Shown here in pieces: positions 34,954-44,906 of a stretch of 64,000 nt of DNA. The DNA comes from Eubacteriales bacterium (GTDB taxonomy: Bacteria > Bacillota > Clostridia > Oscillospirales > CAG-272). The notes under the pieces are model-generated. The model was not told the origin of the DNA and made no database searches. It saw only the letters and a list, made by a program, of their open reading frames with translations. The stretch spans positions 3,686 to 67,685 of the forward strand of contig JAZQBL010000001.1 of NCBI GenBank assembly GCA_045545665.1, given 5' to 3'. The position numbers and the translations under genes are program-made. Every line of letters starts with the position of its first letter. Within the stretch, counting starts at the first letter, position 1.

Positions 34954-36915
34954 TCAGAAATAATTTCTCGTTATGTTTTCAAGGTCTGTCTGTGTAACCG
35001 TACCGTTTTTGTCAAAGTCGGCGGCAAAGTTGTAACCGCTTATAGATATACCGTTTATCATCTTTTTGATCCTTAAAACGTCGATACCGTTTACTGTGCC
35101 GTTTCCGTCAAAGTCGCCCATTACCGAAATAAGAGCGGTCACAACACATACATCGTTTTTGTAACGCTTTATAAAACAGCCGGAAGCGACGGTGTCTGAT
35201 GACGACATTTTGTTGCCGCTTGCGCTGTAAACAGAGCACGTATCAACATCTATATTTGAGAGTAATTCCGAAACGGTAGTTCCGGGTTTTATACCGAATA
35301 GAACGTTTTGACCTTGATACGTTTCATATGAGTATCCGCTTGTGCTTGATACGGGAATCGTTGCAAGATCACTTGAAGTAACGGTAAGATCGATTACCGC
35401 AACAGGGTAAGCCTGCGTTCCTGTTTTCGTTGAAAGAACACCTGTAGTACCTTTTATTACAATGGTGTGAGTACCGATAGGTAAACTGCTGAGATCAATG
35501 GTACCGCTGTAAGCGTTTACCGAGTGTGTCGGATAACCCGCAGAAGAGGTACTGCTCGTAATGTCGGAACGGTATTTTGACGTAAGCTTTGTCCACGTTG
35601 TTGAACCGTCGATACTGTATGAAAAACCTGTAACGAGCTTTGTAGTAACACTCCAACCGGATATATACAACTGAGAGCTTTCGGAAAGATCTACCGCGTG
35701 TGACATAATAACAGGTGTTGAGTCGCCGGAAGAATGTATAGTAGGTGTATCAACGCTTGCAAGATAGGAATATTTTTCGCCCGAGAAATATGTACCGGGG
35801 TCTGTCGTATATTCAGGCATGCTCGAATATACGGGAATGATGAATTTGTATTTTGCATCAAGGTTTGTCTGAAGCGCATACTGCATCGTGCGTCCTTCGG
35901 AATAGGGAGCCATAAGATTTTGCATATACTGTGCTTCGAAGTTCATAGATGAACCGTTGCTGTACTTACTTCTTGCGTCAACGTTGAATTTTTGGTAATA
36001 AAGTGTGTGGCGGTATGTAGCAAGGTATACGTCACGGAGCTTTTTAACACCGCCCTCGATCGCCTTCATACGTGTGTTCCATCCGGCGGTTTTTGCTTCC
36101 TTCATACCTCCGAGCCAGATGTTGAAGTATCCGTCGCCGTAAGCACCGATGTTAAAATAGTTATAATATCCGTCGTACTGCAAAAGGGTGCTGTCATAGC
36201 CTGAAGATGGAGCATCGTTTGTTCCGTTTAAATAAGAGTTATAAAGCTCTGTTCCGCACTTTCCCGAAATAAGAGGACTTGAACCGGCAACCCCCTGTTC
36301 CTGTCTTAATCTTGCTGCGATGAAAATGGGGTTGATATTGTAAGTGTTTCCGAGATTGAGAAAATACTGTGCATACGTAAGTGTGTTTCCGCTGTCGGGA
36401 ATGACTGTGTTTGCCATAAAAGTACCCGCTAAAGCACTTTCGATATCAGCAACCGAATATGTTGTTGTGTCCTTGTAAAGGGTAAGAAACATAAATATGT
36501 GTCTTTCGTCAAGGAAGTTTCTCGGGTCCATTGCGTATTCAACGGCTGCTCTGTTTGCGGGATACCATCCCGAGTCGTACTCTGTGTAATTTTTAAGATA
36601 TGCGCTGCCCGTGGACTTTGAAACGAGGTTCGTGTCCTCCGGATCAAGTTCCTCGGAAATTACGTAATTCCATGTGTAATTTATTCCGTAATGCTGATAA
36701 GACATTCCCGTGATATCAGCTGCCTCAAACTCCCAATTCGGGTGTATAAAATGAAGCTTTGCAAGCTTTACTGCATAAGATTCCGGAAAACCCGAATCGA
36801 GCAAAGACTGATAGTATGTATCGTATTCGCTTGCAGAAACGCTGATGAACGGTATACACGTCAGAAGTGTTGCCGCTGTGAGGATAAAAGCTAAAAACTT
36901 TTTCGACGGTTGCAT
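34954..36915 (-). CDS. Secreted glucosaminidase-like (GH73-type) cell-wall hydrolase with a C-terminal dockerin
   Basis: The ATG at 36915 has AAGGAG 6 nt upstream. Signal peptide is MQPSKKFLAFILTAATLLTCIPFISVSA. YNINPIFIAARLRQEQG resembles the glucosaminidase catalytic segment. The C-terminal dockerin has two canonical loops (DFDGNGTVNGID, DFDKNGTVTQTD). Confidence 0.7.
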   Translation of the reverse strand: MQPSKKFLAFILTAATLLTCIPFISVSASEYDTYYQSLLDSGFPESYAVKLAKLHFIHPNWEFEAADITGMSYQHYGINYTWNYVISEELDPEDTNLVSKSTGSAYLKNYTEYDSGWYPANRAAVEYAMDPRNFLDERHIFMFLTLYKDTTTYSVADIESALAGTFMANTVIPDSGNTLTYAQYFLNLGNTYNINPIFIAARLRQEQGVAGSSPLISGKCGTELYNSYLNGTNDAPSSGYDSTLLQYDGYYNYFNIGAYGDGYFNIWLGGMKEAKTAGWNTRMKAIEGGVKKLRDVYLATYRHTLYYQKFNVDARSKYSNGSSMNFEAQYMQNLMAPYSEGRTMQYALQTNLDAKYKFIIPVYSSMPEYTTDPGTYFSGEKYSYLASVDTPTIHSSGDSTPVIMSHAVDLSESSQLYISGWSVTTKLVTGFSYSIDGSTTWTKLTSKYRSDITSSTSSAGYPTHSVNAYSGTIDLSSLPIGTHTIVIKGTTGVLSTKTGTQAYPVAVIDLTVTSSDLATIPVSSTSGYSYETYQGQNVLFGIKPGTTVSELLSNIDVDTCSVYSASGNKMSSSDTVASGCFIKRYKNDVCVVTALISVMGDFDGNGTVNGIDVLRIKKMINGISISGYNFAADFDKNGTVTQTDLENITRNYF

Positions 36916-37258
36916 TTTGTGCTCCTTTGTTTTATTCATTTGCCCACTGAAAAATTCGTATGACATTAATGGTACGATTATAATATATTTTTTGAAAAAT
37001 ATCAAGAGGTTTTGATTAATTTTGACTATTTCGACAAAAAAATAAATCGTATTTTGTGAGTAATTAACAAAAATACGTTTTACATTAACAAAAAAATGAA
37101 GATGCGAAGGGAAAAATTTCGTACTTATATTCATAATTTTCCAAAAAAGGGCGCATTTTTTTTTGCACTGTACATAAATTTTTAAAGAAGACAAGACAGC
37201 TCGAATGCGAAAAATGATGAATAATGTAAAAACAAAAGATAAATTTTATTCTTTTCTA

Positions 37259-37287
37259 TTGATAAATTTAATAAATGATGATATAAT
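37259..37287 (+). promoter_or_regulatory. Strong sigma-A promoter for hup
   Basis: TTGATA (37259-37264), a 17-nt spacer, then TGaTATAAT (37279-37287). Confidence 0.6.
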
Positions 37288-37324
37288 GTAGATACAGAAA
37301 AAAGAAGTAGGAGAGTAACTACCA

Positions 37325-37600
37325 ATGAACAAAACAGAACTTATTGCTGAAGTAGCAAAAAAATCAGGTCTTACAAAAGTACAGGCTGAAAATGCAGTTA
37401 ATGCCGTTGTTGCTTCAATGACTGACGCACTCGCTGACAATGACAAGATTCAGCTTTCAGGTTTCGGTACTTTTGAAGTAAAGGAACTTAAAGCAAGAGT
37501 TGGTATTAACCCCAGAACAAAGGAAAAAATGGAGATCGCTGCATCTAAGCGTGCTGTTTTCTCCGCAGGAAAGAAGCTTAAGGACGCTATCAACAAATAA
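37325..37600 (+). CDS. hup: DNA-binding protein HU
   Basis: 91 aa. MNKTELI..VA, GFGTFEV and ARVGINPRT are canonical HU/IHF motifs. Confidence 0.95.
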   Translation: MNKTELIAEVAKKSGLTKVQAENAVNAVVASMTDALADNDKIQLSGFGTFEVKELKARVGINPRTKEKMEIAASKRAVFSAGKKLKDAINK

Positions 37601-37842
37601 TGCGCCTTGACAAATTCCTTAAGGTCTCGCGAATTATCAAACGCCGAACGGTTGCAAATAATGCCTGTGATACAGACCACGTTACCGTAAACGGAAGACC
37701 CGCAAAAGCATCCTACGATGTAAAAGAGAATGATATCATACAAATAACCTTCGGAGACAAGATATTGAAGGTTAAAGTCAAAGATGTACGTGAACACGTC
37801 CTCAAAGCTGACGCAAGTGAGCTTTACGAAGTTATTCAGTAA
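37600..37842 (+). CDS. RNA-binding S4-domain protein (YabO/Hsp15-like)
   Basis: MRLDKFLKVSRIIKRRT.A......V.VNG..AK is the S4 signature. The start overlaps the hup stop (TAATG). Confidence 0.85.
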   Translation: MRLDKFLKVSRIIKRRTVANNACDTDHVTVNGRPAKASYDVKENDIIQITFGDKILKVKVKDVREHVLKADASELYEVIQ

Positions 37843-37879
37843 CGTCGATGATTTTTGGATTGTTTATACAGTCCTGATA

Positions 37880-37912
37880 ACGGCAGCTGTCATAAGGCAG
37901 ACTGCCGTTTTT
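37880..37912 (+). terminator. Terminator of the hup-S4 operon
   Basis: ACGGCAG-15 nt-CTGCCGT followed by TTTTT. Confidence 0.55.
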
Positions 37913-37919
37913 ATATGAC

Positions 37920-37945
37920 AAAGCCGTCGGAGACCGACGGCTTTT
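37920..37945. terminator. Terminator (serves the minus-strand SpoIID-like operon; bidirectional form)
   Basis: AAAGCCGTCGG-aga-CCGACGGCTTTT, an 11-bp stem including the A/T runs. Confidence 0.65.
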
Positions 37946-37947
37946 GT

Positions 37948-39975
37948 TTATTGCATTTTAAGATATTCTTCGTATGTTACAAGCTCGGTATTCGGGAAGT
38001 AGGAAAGAAGGATCTTATCGTAGGAATACCCAAGCTCGCCAAGGTCGCGTATTCCGATCTGCGACATTCCCGCACCGTGACCGTAGCCTTTTCCGATAAA
38101 GATAAAATTACCGTTTTCTTCCTCAGCTTTAGTTTCGGAGTTGTTGAGCGCACCGTTTACAAAATTTTCAGCTTCGGCAAGGACGTCAAGTGTGACAGGA
38201 CCGCTTGAAGTGGAAACGGAAAGTATATTGGGTAACGCAGTCGTTTTGATCCCCGTCGATGTGATGACGTGAATTTTTTCGGCGTTTTCGGTACCTAATA
38301 TTTTGAGTCCGTCGGCAGTCATAACGTGTATACCGGTCGATGTCTTGGGAAGACCGTCTTCAATTATGCCGTTATGAGATATTACGAAGTTGGCGCTCTT
38401 CAAATATGCACCTATTGAGTTTTTCACGTTTCTCGTTCTTACCATCGTTTCCTGATTGCCGTGAATATCCGTGACCGTCATAGAATAGACGTATGAAGAA
38501 TTTTCGCAAAGTCTGTTTATTTTTATATCCTTTATGGCATCTTTCAGCTTTGTATATCCCTGGCTTCTGAGATATTTGCAAAGCTCCTCGGGCGTTGCTT
38601 CATATTGCCATACGCCGTATTTGTGTGTTTCATACTTTTCCCACGGCGTAAATTGACCGACAAGGTATTTTTGCGGTAACTGATTCCAGACTTCGTGCGC
38701 CGCCGCTATGGAGCCTCCTGTAACGGCGGAATAGTATGCTGTTGCGGGCTTGCCGTCACACACAGACAAAAGTCCCTTGGTTTCAGCCACAGCTTCCCGT
38801 ACGACGGCGTTTACTCTGTCGTGTCCCAAAGAGGTCTGACATTCCGAATCGGAACAAAGATCACAACCGTACGCTGAGTGTCTGCCGAGGTTTGCATATG
38901 CGTACGTACGCACACATATAGCAAACGCTTTGAGCGTTTCTTTGGGCCAGGCGCTTGATATCTCCCACGGAACGACACTCTCGACGTATTTTTCCATTTC
39001 CGATATCATTATAAGAGTTATGGCATCTTTTCCGCTGCCGTCATATCTTTTTGCTTCGAATATACCGGGCCAATAATATCCCGACTGTATTTTTATATAG
39101 TTTTCCTCGCCGTCTTCCTTTATGGGATAACATCCGAGTCCGTATTCAAAGGACGACAGATAGTAAAAGAGTATTTTCCCGCTTTGATGATCGAGTATTT
39201 TAAGCTCGTTTTCATCCGAAGGTGAAATTACGCTCAGCTCTCCGTAAGTTTCAGCTAAAGCAGCCGATGCTTTATTTGCTTCACTTTCGGTGAAATATTC
39301 ACCTATAAGTATTCTGTGTTCGCCGTTTATGTAAGCGGGAATGAATTTAGTATCTTCATCGTTTTTCTGAAGAAGCGAAAGGGAAGTCTCCAGATGCGTT
39401 GCGTGGGCGTAAACTGTGGGAAGAAGTAAATGATATCCGCCGACGGTCGCAACCGAAAGATTGGAGGTGGAGCGGTAATCCCATTTTGATGATGATTCAG
39501 AATGTTTATAAAGATTTCCGCCTTTTGCAAAGCAGAGGTCCGATACGTCCTTTATGGAATACAAATATCCGAACTCATGGTCCTCCGTCGTTGAATAAAG
39601 ATCGAAGCCGAACTGACCGTGAGACGGGCGCAGGCGGTAGCTTTCTTTTGAGTCGGATCGGAAAAAGATGGCAACTCGCAAAAGAAGATCGTCTTCTTTG
39701 AATATCGGCTCGGGTACGTAAGGATCCTCGGGTGGAATGACGGGATATCCTCCCGTGGACGAATCCGCGGTGTCATCCGTTGTTTCGTCTGTAATTTCAT
39801 CCGTTGTATCGGGAGAAGTTGTTTGGGGATCCTCAGATTCCGTTTCCGTGTCTGTTTGGATATCGGATTCCACGGCGTTGGTCTGTACGGCGGCATATGC
39901 AACGATACCTAAAACGAACATCGCCGCAAGTAATATCGAAACTATCCTGATAAGGTTTTTGTTCATTTTGTCCAC
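37948..39975 (-). CDS. SpoIID/LytB-domain protein (large, with an acidic N-terminal linker)
   Basis: Signal anchor followed by a T/D/E-rich linker. SpoIID-type segments are YVESVVPWEIS..WP.ETLKAFAICVRTYA, AYYSAVTGG and GKGYGHGAGMSQIG. Confidence 0.85.
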   Translation of the reverse strand: MDKMNKNLIRIVSILLAAMFVLGIVAYAAVQTNAVESDIQTDTETESEDPQTTSPDTTDEITDETTDDTADSSTGGYPVIPPEDPYVPEPIFKEDDLLLRVAIFFRSDSKESYRLRPSHGQFGFDLYSTTEDHEFGYLYSIKDVSDLCFAKGGNLYKHSESSSKWDYRSTSNLSVATVGGYHLLLPTVYAHATHLETSLSLLQKNDEDTKFIPAYINGEHRILIGEYFTESEANKASAALAETYGELSVISPSDENELKILDHQSGKILFYYLSSFEYGLGCYPIKEDGEENYIKIQSGYYWPGIFEAKRYDGSGKDAITLIMISEMEKYVESVVPWEISSAWPKETLKAFAICVRTYAYANLGRHSAYGCDLCSDSECQTSLGHDRVNAVVREAVAETKGLLSVCDGKPATAYYSAVTGGSIAAAHEVWNQLPQKYLVGQFTPWEKYETHKYGVWQYEATPEELCKYLRSQGYTKLKDAIKDIKINRLCENSSYVYSMTVTDIHGNQETMVRTRNVKNSIGAYLKSANFVISHNGIIEDGLPKTSTGIHVMTADGLKILGTENAEKIHVITSTGIKTTALPNILSVSTSSGPVTLDVLAEAENFVNGALNNSETKAEEENGNFIFIGKGYGHGAGMSQIGIRDLGELGYSYDKILLSYFPNTELVTYEEYLKMQ

Positions 39976-39979
39976 CGTG

Positions 39980-40510
39980 TCAGCCTATGACCTTATATTC
40001 GCCTTTTATCATGATCTCGGTGCCCGAGGATGTACAGCAAATACCTCTTCCGTCTGCTTTTGGTATGATAACGTAATGGTTTTTCGAAATATCTGAGTTG
40101 TTCAAAAGGGATGTTTCCGTTGTTTTATCGGTAAGTGTCTGTGTTGCGGAGGGACATACAGCCTTTACAGAGCCTGTAAGCAATATTATGTCACACGCAC
40201 CGAGGGCAACTATCTTCTGTCCTGCATTGAGCTTTTCGGTTGAAAAAACGACCTGCTGAGACGAAGAGCCGCCTACGGAATTTTTAGCTATTTCTTCACG
40301 TACGTACGCTTCCATTTCCGCTTTCATCTCTTCCTTCAGCTTTTCCATTTCTGCGTTTACGTAAGAAAGGGAAACGAGCGGATCTTCTTCTGTTGTGTAC
40401 GTTTCTCCGGTTGCAGTCGCAAAGGCTGTAAACATAATACTCAACATGAGCACGGTCGTCAGACATTTTCCTGTAAGTTTTGCACCTGAGATCATAAGTT
40501 TTTTGAACAT
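39980..40510 (-). CDS. Hypothetical secreted protein (176 aa)
   Basis: Signal peptide, a short E/K coiled coil, then a beta-rich C-terminal domain. It sits 4 nt upstream of the SpoIID-like gene and 14 nt downstream of parC. Confidence 0.55.
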   Translation of the reverse strand: MFKKLMISGAKLTGKCLTTVLMLSIMFTAFATATGETYTTEEDPLVSLSYVNAEMEKLKEEMKAEMEAYVREEIAKNSVGGSSSQQVVFSTEKLNAGQKIVALGACDIILLTGSVKAVCPSATQTLTDKTTETSLLNNSDISKNHYVIIPKADGRGICCTSSGTEIMIKGEYKVIG

Positions 40511-40524
40511 ATAATTATCCTTTC

Positions 40525-42759
40525 TTATTCAATTATTCCTATCTGTCTTGCGTCTATATCGTACTGTTCAAGTAAAGTTCCCGCAGCGGGGATCTTTATT
40601 TTTTTGTACTTTGAAGTGTTTTCAAAAGGTGAGTCGGATTCCTTGAATGCGGCGGCTATCTTCTGATTTTTCTTCAAATTGAAGAGCGTCACACCGCCTG
40701 CGGTTCTCGTTGTTTTTTCGGGTATGAGCTTCGTTGAGATCATAATCGCACGTCTGTTGTCCGAAATTAGGACGATGTTGAACGGTTCGTCTTCGTAGAA
40801 TATTCCGACAATGGGAGAAGATGAGCTGTATGCGCCTGTAAGCTTACGTCTGTTGCTCTTCGTCTCATAATTTTTCATCGAAACCTTGACGCCTTTTCCG
40901 TTTTCAAAGATGAACACGAGGTTTTTCGGCTCAAAATTATCGGGGATAAGCTTCATAAATATAGCTTTTTCACCGCTGTCAAAGGAAAGCTTCGAAGGTA
41001 CGTAATCACCTAAAACGGAAGCTTTAAGGCAGTCAAAGTCGGTAAGCTTTGCTTTGTATGCCTGAGCTTTATCGGAGAAGAAGACGACACTGTCTCGGTT
41101 TTCACCGTCTTCGGAAATTATGATCCTGTCGCCGTCTTTGAGCATCTGCTCGTCGGAAGCACGTAAAGATACAAGCGTCGATTTTTTGAAATAACCGTCT
41201 TTTGTAAATACTGCACGTATGTTGAAGTTTTCAACGTGCTCACTTTCGTTGTATATCTGTACGTCCTCCTGGGAAAGTATCAGCGACTTTCTCGGCATTC
41301 CGTATTTGTTCTTTATTTCTTTGAGCTGTTTGATTATTACGTCTTTGACCTTCCTGTCGGATGCTATCGTTTCTTCAAGCTCTGCAATTTCTTTTTGCAG
41401 ACTTTCAATATCGGCTATGCGGTTGAGAATATACTCACGGTTAAGGTTACGCAGCTTTATTTCGGCAACGTATTCCGCTTGCTTCATCGTAAGATCGAAT
41501 TCTTTTGCGAGATTCGGTACTACGTCTGAATCCTTTTCTGTGCCTCTGACGATCGCGATCGCTCTGTCTATGTCGAGAAGTATCTTTCCGAGACCCAAAA
41601 GCAAATGAAGCTTGTCTTTCTTTGCGTTAAGATCAAACGTAAGCTCACGTCTTAAACACGTTACACGGAATTTTATCCATTCGTTGAGAATATCAATTAT
41701 ACCGAGGACCTTCGGAGAACCGTCGATCAGTACGTTGAAGTTACAGCCCATACTGTCTTCAAGGGGAGTAAGTTTGAAAAGTTTGAGCATAAGCTTATCG
41801 GGATCGACTCCGCGGCGAAGATCAAGAGTAAATCTGAATCCCTCTATACCTATTTCGTCACGGTAGTCGGTAATTTCCTTGAGCTTGCCTTCCTTTACAA
41901 GGTCGGCTATCTTTTTCATAATAAGCTCAATGGAGGTCGAGTAGGGGATCTGGGTTATGTTTATGCAGTTGTTGTCTTTGTCGTATTCGTATTTTGAGCG
42001 TATCTTGACAGCACCCTTACCGCTCAAATAAAGCTCTTTCATCTTTTCTCTGTTGTATATGATGAAGCCGCCACCCGGAAAATCCGGCGCTTTTACGATA
42101 TCAAGCATTCTGTCAACGGAAACGTGGCTGTTTTTAAGAAGTTCTATTGTTCCGTCACATATTTCGGAAAGATTGAACGAGCATATGTTTGATGCCATAC
42201 CGACAGCAATACCGAGGTTAGATGAAACAAGTATGTTCGGAAAGGAAACGGGAAGCAAAACAGGCTCTTTTTGCGTACTGTCGTAGTTGTCAACGAAATC
42301 TACAGCATCCTTGTTGATGCCGCAAAATACTTCGTTACAGATCTTGGCAAGCTTTACTTCCGTGTAACGTGATGCGGCAACTTCCATATTCGTTGAATGA
42401 AGTCCCCACGTACCCTTTGAGTCGATAAAAGGATGAAGCAGAGCTGCGTGTCCCGTCGTCATACGAACCATCGTTTCGTAAATTGATGCATCACCGTGCG
42501 GGTTAAGTGTCATCGTAGCGCCGACTACGTTCGTACTTTTCGTTCTTCCCGACGTCAGAAGGTTCATTTTATACATCGTGTACAAAAGCTTTCTGTGGGA
42601 GGGCTTAAAACCGTCGATCTCGGGAATTGCACGTGATATGATAACGCTCATAACGTACGGCATATAGTTCTTTTCGATCGTGTCGGTTATCGGCTGTGTT
42701 CTTATTTCAGCCAGCGGAAGATTTTCTTCCGCCGGTATATTTTTCTTCTTTTTCGCCAT
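40525..42759 (-). CDS. parC: Type IIA topoisomerase subunit A (ParC-like)
   Basis: PDVRDGLKP-equivalent segment IPEIDGFKPSHRKLLY. Active-site Tyr is in AASRYTE. 744 aa, with no GyrA-box (QRRGGKG) visible in the C-terminal domain. Confidence 0.85.
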   Translation of the reverse strand: MAKKKKNIPAEENLPLAEIRTQPITDTIEKNYMPYVMSVIISRAIPEIDGFKPSHRKLLYTMYKMNLLTSGRTKSTNVVGATMTLNPHGDASIYETMVRMTTGHAALLHPFIDSKGTWGLHSTNMEVAASRYTEVKLAKICNEVFCGINKDAVDFVDNYDSTQKEPVLLPVSFPNILVSSNLGIAVGMASNICSFNLSEICDGTIELLKNSHVSVDRMLDIVKAPDFPGGGFIIYNREKMKELYLSGKGAVKIRSKYEYDKDNNCINITQIPYSTSIELIMKKIADLVKEGKLKEITDYRDEIGIEGFRFTLDLRRGVDPDKLMLKLFKLTPLEDSMGCNFNVLIDGSPKVLGIIDILNEWIKFRVTCLRRELTFDLNAKKDKLHLLLGLGKILLDIDRAIAIVRGTEKDSDVVPNLAKEFDLTMKQAEYVAEIKLRNLNREYILNRIADIESLQKEIAELEETIASDRKVKDVIIKQLKEIKNKYGMPRKSLILSQEDVQIYNESEHVENFNIRAVFTKDGYFKKSTLVSLRASDEQMLKDGDRIIISEDGENRDSVVFFSDKAQAYKAKLTDFDCLKASVLGDYVPSKLSFDSGEKAIFMKLIPDNFEPKNLVFIFENGKGVKVSMKNYETKSNRRKLTGAYSSSSPIVGIFYEDEPFNIVLISDNRRAIMISTKLIPEKTTRTAGGVTLFNLKKNQKIAAAFKESDSPFENTSKYKKIKIPAAGTLLEQYDIDARQIGIIE

Positions 42760-42771
42760 TACCGTTATACC

Positions 42772-44766
42772 TTATATATCGGCGTCTTTAATATAAAGTG
42801 CGCCGTAGTTTGATATAAATTCCTTTCTTGCTTCGATGTTGTCACCCAAAAGCGTATCAAATATCTTATACGTTGCTTCTTCATCAGTCGGGCAGACCTG
42901 TATAAGACGTCTTGTGGCAGGGGACATCGTTGAACGGTACATCATATCCGCATCGTTTTCACCGAGACCCTTTGAACGCTGTACGGTGTATTTTTTATCG
43001 CCGAGGGACCTTACTATTTCTTCCTTCTGCCCGTCGCTGTATGCAAAGAATATTTCGTCCTTGCACGTTATTTCATAAAGGGGCGATTCTGCAATATATA
43101 CCTTTCCGGCACGTATCAAAGAGGGGAGAAGTCTGTAGAATATAGTGAGGATAAGAGTTCTTATCTGGAATCCGTCAACGTCGGCATCGGTACAGATTAT
43201 TACCTTTGACCAGCGCAGATTGTCGAGATTGAATTCCGCAGTGTCGGATTTGTGCTTTGATTTAATTTCAACGCCGCATCCGAGGATCTTCAGCAGATCT
43301 ACGATTATCTGACTTTCGAATATTTTTTCGTACGTACTCTTAAGACAGTTCAGCGTTTTACCTCTTACGGGAATTATAGCTTGAAATTCGGGTATTCTTG
43401 CAAGCTTACAGGATGAAAGAGCCGAGTCACCTTCAACTATAAAAAGCTCTCGTATATTCTTATCTTTTGAACGGCAGTCAACGAATTTTTCTATCTTGTT
43501 CGTTATATCGTTTGTCGTTGCAAGCTTCTTTTTCAAATTCAATCGTGTTGCCTCGGCAGACTCACGGCTTCGCTTGTTTACAAGCACCTGCGTTGCGATC
43601 TTTTCGGCATCTATCGGATTTTCCGCAAAGAATATTTCAAGATTTTGCTTCAAAAAGTTCGTCATACATTCCTGTATGAAGCTGTTCGTTATTGATTTTT
43701 TCGTCTGGTTTTCGTATGAGGTATACGTTGAAAAGCTGTTGGTAACTATTATAAGAGAGTCCTTGATGTCGCCGAATTGTATCTTCGATTCGTTTTTGTT
43801 GTATTTTCCGATGGATTTTATATATTTGTCTATTGCGTAAACAAAACCGTTTTTGACTGCGTTGTCGGGTGAACCGCCGTGTTCAAGAAAGCTTGAGTTG
43901 TGGTAATATTCCGTTACGTTTATTACGTTTGAAAACGTGAAGGCGATATCGAACTTCAATTTGTAATCGGGCTTGTCAGCTCTGTCACGGCCGACACCTT
44001 CGCCCGAAAGACTTACAGTCTGGCATAAAGACGTCGTGCCTGCAAGATTTTCTACGTAGTCGGATATACCTTTTTCGTAAAGATACTCACGCGTTTCAAA
44101 GTCGTTTTCCGAATTTTGTATTTTGAGAATAAATTTAAGACCTGCATTTACGATAGCCTGCTTTTTTAAAACGTCATCGTAATATTCCGTCGGTATATTT
44201 ATATCCGTGAAAACGTCAAGGTCGGGCTTCCAACGTATTACAGTGCCCGTTTTCTTTTCTTTTTTTGCTATTTCACGTACTTCGAGTTCCGTTACGGGGA
44301 ATCCTTTTTCGAAGGATATCGAGCTTACGTATCCCTTGGAGTAGGAACGCACCGTCATATACTGAGATGAAAACTGCGTAGCACAGGCACCGAGACCGTT
44401 AAGCCCGAGCGAATATTCGTACGCCGCACCTCCTGAGTTGTTATCGTATTTACCGCCTGCGTACAGCTCACAGAAAACAAGCTCCCAATTATAACGCTGT
44501 TCCTTTTCATTGAATCCGAGCGGAACGCCTCGCCCAAAATCTTCAATTTCAATGGAATTATCATTGAATACCGTTACGTATATTACGTCACCGAAGCCCT
44601 CACGTGCTTCGTCGATAGAGTTTGAAAGTATCTCAAAGACGGAGTGCTCGCATCCCGAAAGACCGTCTGATCCGAAAATAACGCCGGGGCGTAAACGCAC
44701 CCGGTCGGGGCCTTTAAGCATTTTTATATCTTGTTCGGAAATTTCCGCGGAAATCTTTTTTGCCAT
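42772..44766 (-). CDS. parE: Type IIA topoisomerase subunit B (ParE-like)
   Basis: GHKL N-box EILSNSIDEA, Toprim motifs EGDSA and PVRGKTLN, and DADVDGFQI. The ATP-lid reads LGLNGLGA rather than GGLHGVGA. Confidence 0.85.
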   Translation of the reverse strand: MAKKISAEISEQDIKMLKGPDRVRLRPGVIFGSDGLSGCEHSVFEILSNSIDEAREGFGDVIYVTVFNDNSIEIEDFGRGVPLGFNEKEQRYNWELVFCELYAGGKYDNNSGGAAYEYSLGLNGLGACATQFSSQYMTVRSYSKGYVSSISFEKGFPVTELEVREIAKKEKKTGTVIRWKPDLDVFTDINIPTEYYDDVLKKQAIVNAGLKFILKIQNSENDFETREYLYEKGISDYVENLAGTTSLCQTVSLSGEGVGRDRADKPDYKLKFDIAFTFSNVINVTEYYHNSSFLEHGGSPDNAVKNGFVYAIDKYIKSIGKYNKNESKIQFGDIKDSLIIVTNSFSTYTSYENQTKKSITNSFIQECMTNFLKQNLEIFFAENPIDAEKIATQVLVNKRSRESAEATRLNLKKKLATTNDITNKIEKFVDCRSKDKNIRELFIVEGDSALSSCKLARIPEFQAIIPVRGKTLNCLKSTYEKIFESQIIVDLLKILGCGVEIKSKHKSDTAEFNLDNLRWSKVIICTDADVDGFQIRTLILTIFYRLLPSLIRAGKVYIAESPLYEITCKDEIFFAYSDGQKEEIVRSLGDKKYTVQRSKGLGENDADMMYRSTMSPATRRLIQVCPTDEEATYKIFDTLLGDNIEARKEFISNYGALYIKDADI

Positions 44767-44906
44767 TATAAGTTCTCCTTAGATTAATATATTTATAATA
44801 GCACAAACGCACGGCAGAATTAATTAATATTATGTAAATATTTTATTTTATCTCTTACAAATTATTTGCGCCATCTGCTCCCGTACTTATTGACACGGAG
44901 GACAAA

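Noticed and set aside
36916-37194. The ORF track extends the hydrolase gene to 37194 (746 aa)
   Set aside because: The extra 93 aa translate AT-rich DNA into low-complexity I/F/K/N sequence. A good AAGGAG plus the ATG at 36915 is followed immediately by a canonical signal peptide.
40525-44766. Calling the topoisomerase pair gyrB/gyrA
   Set aside because: The subunit A C-terminal domain is short and shows no GyrA box, and the locus is not near dnaA, dnaN or recF. ParE/ParC-like is the better label, though paralogy cannot be settled without the rest of the genome.
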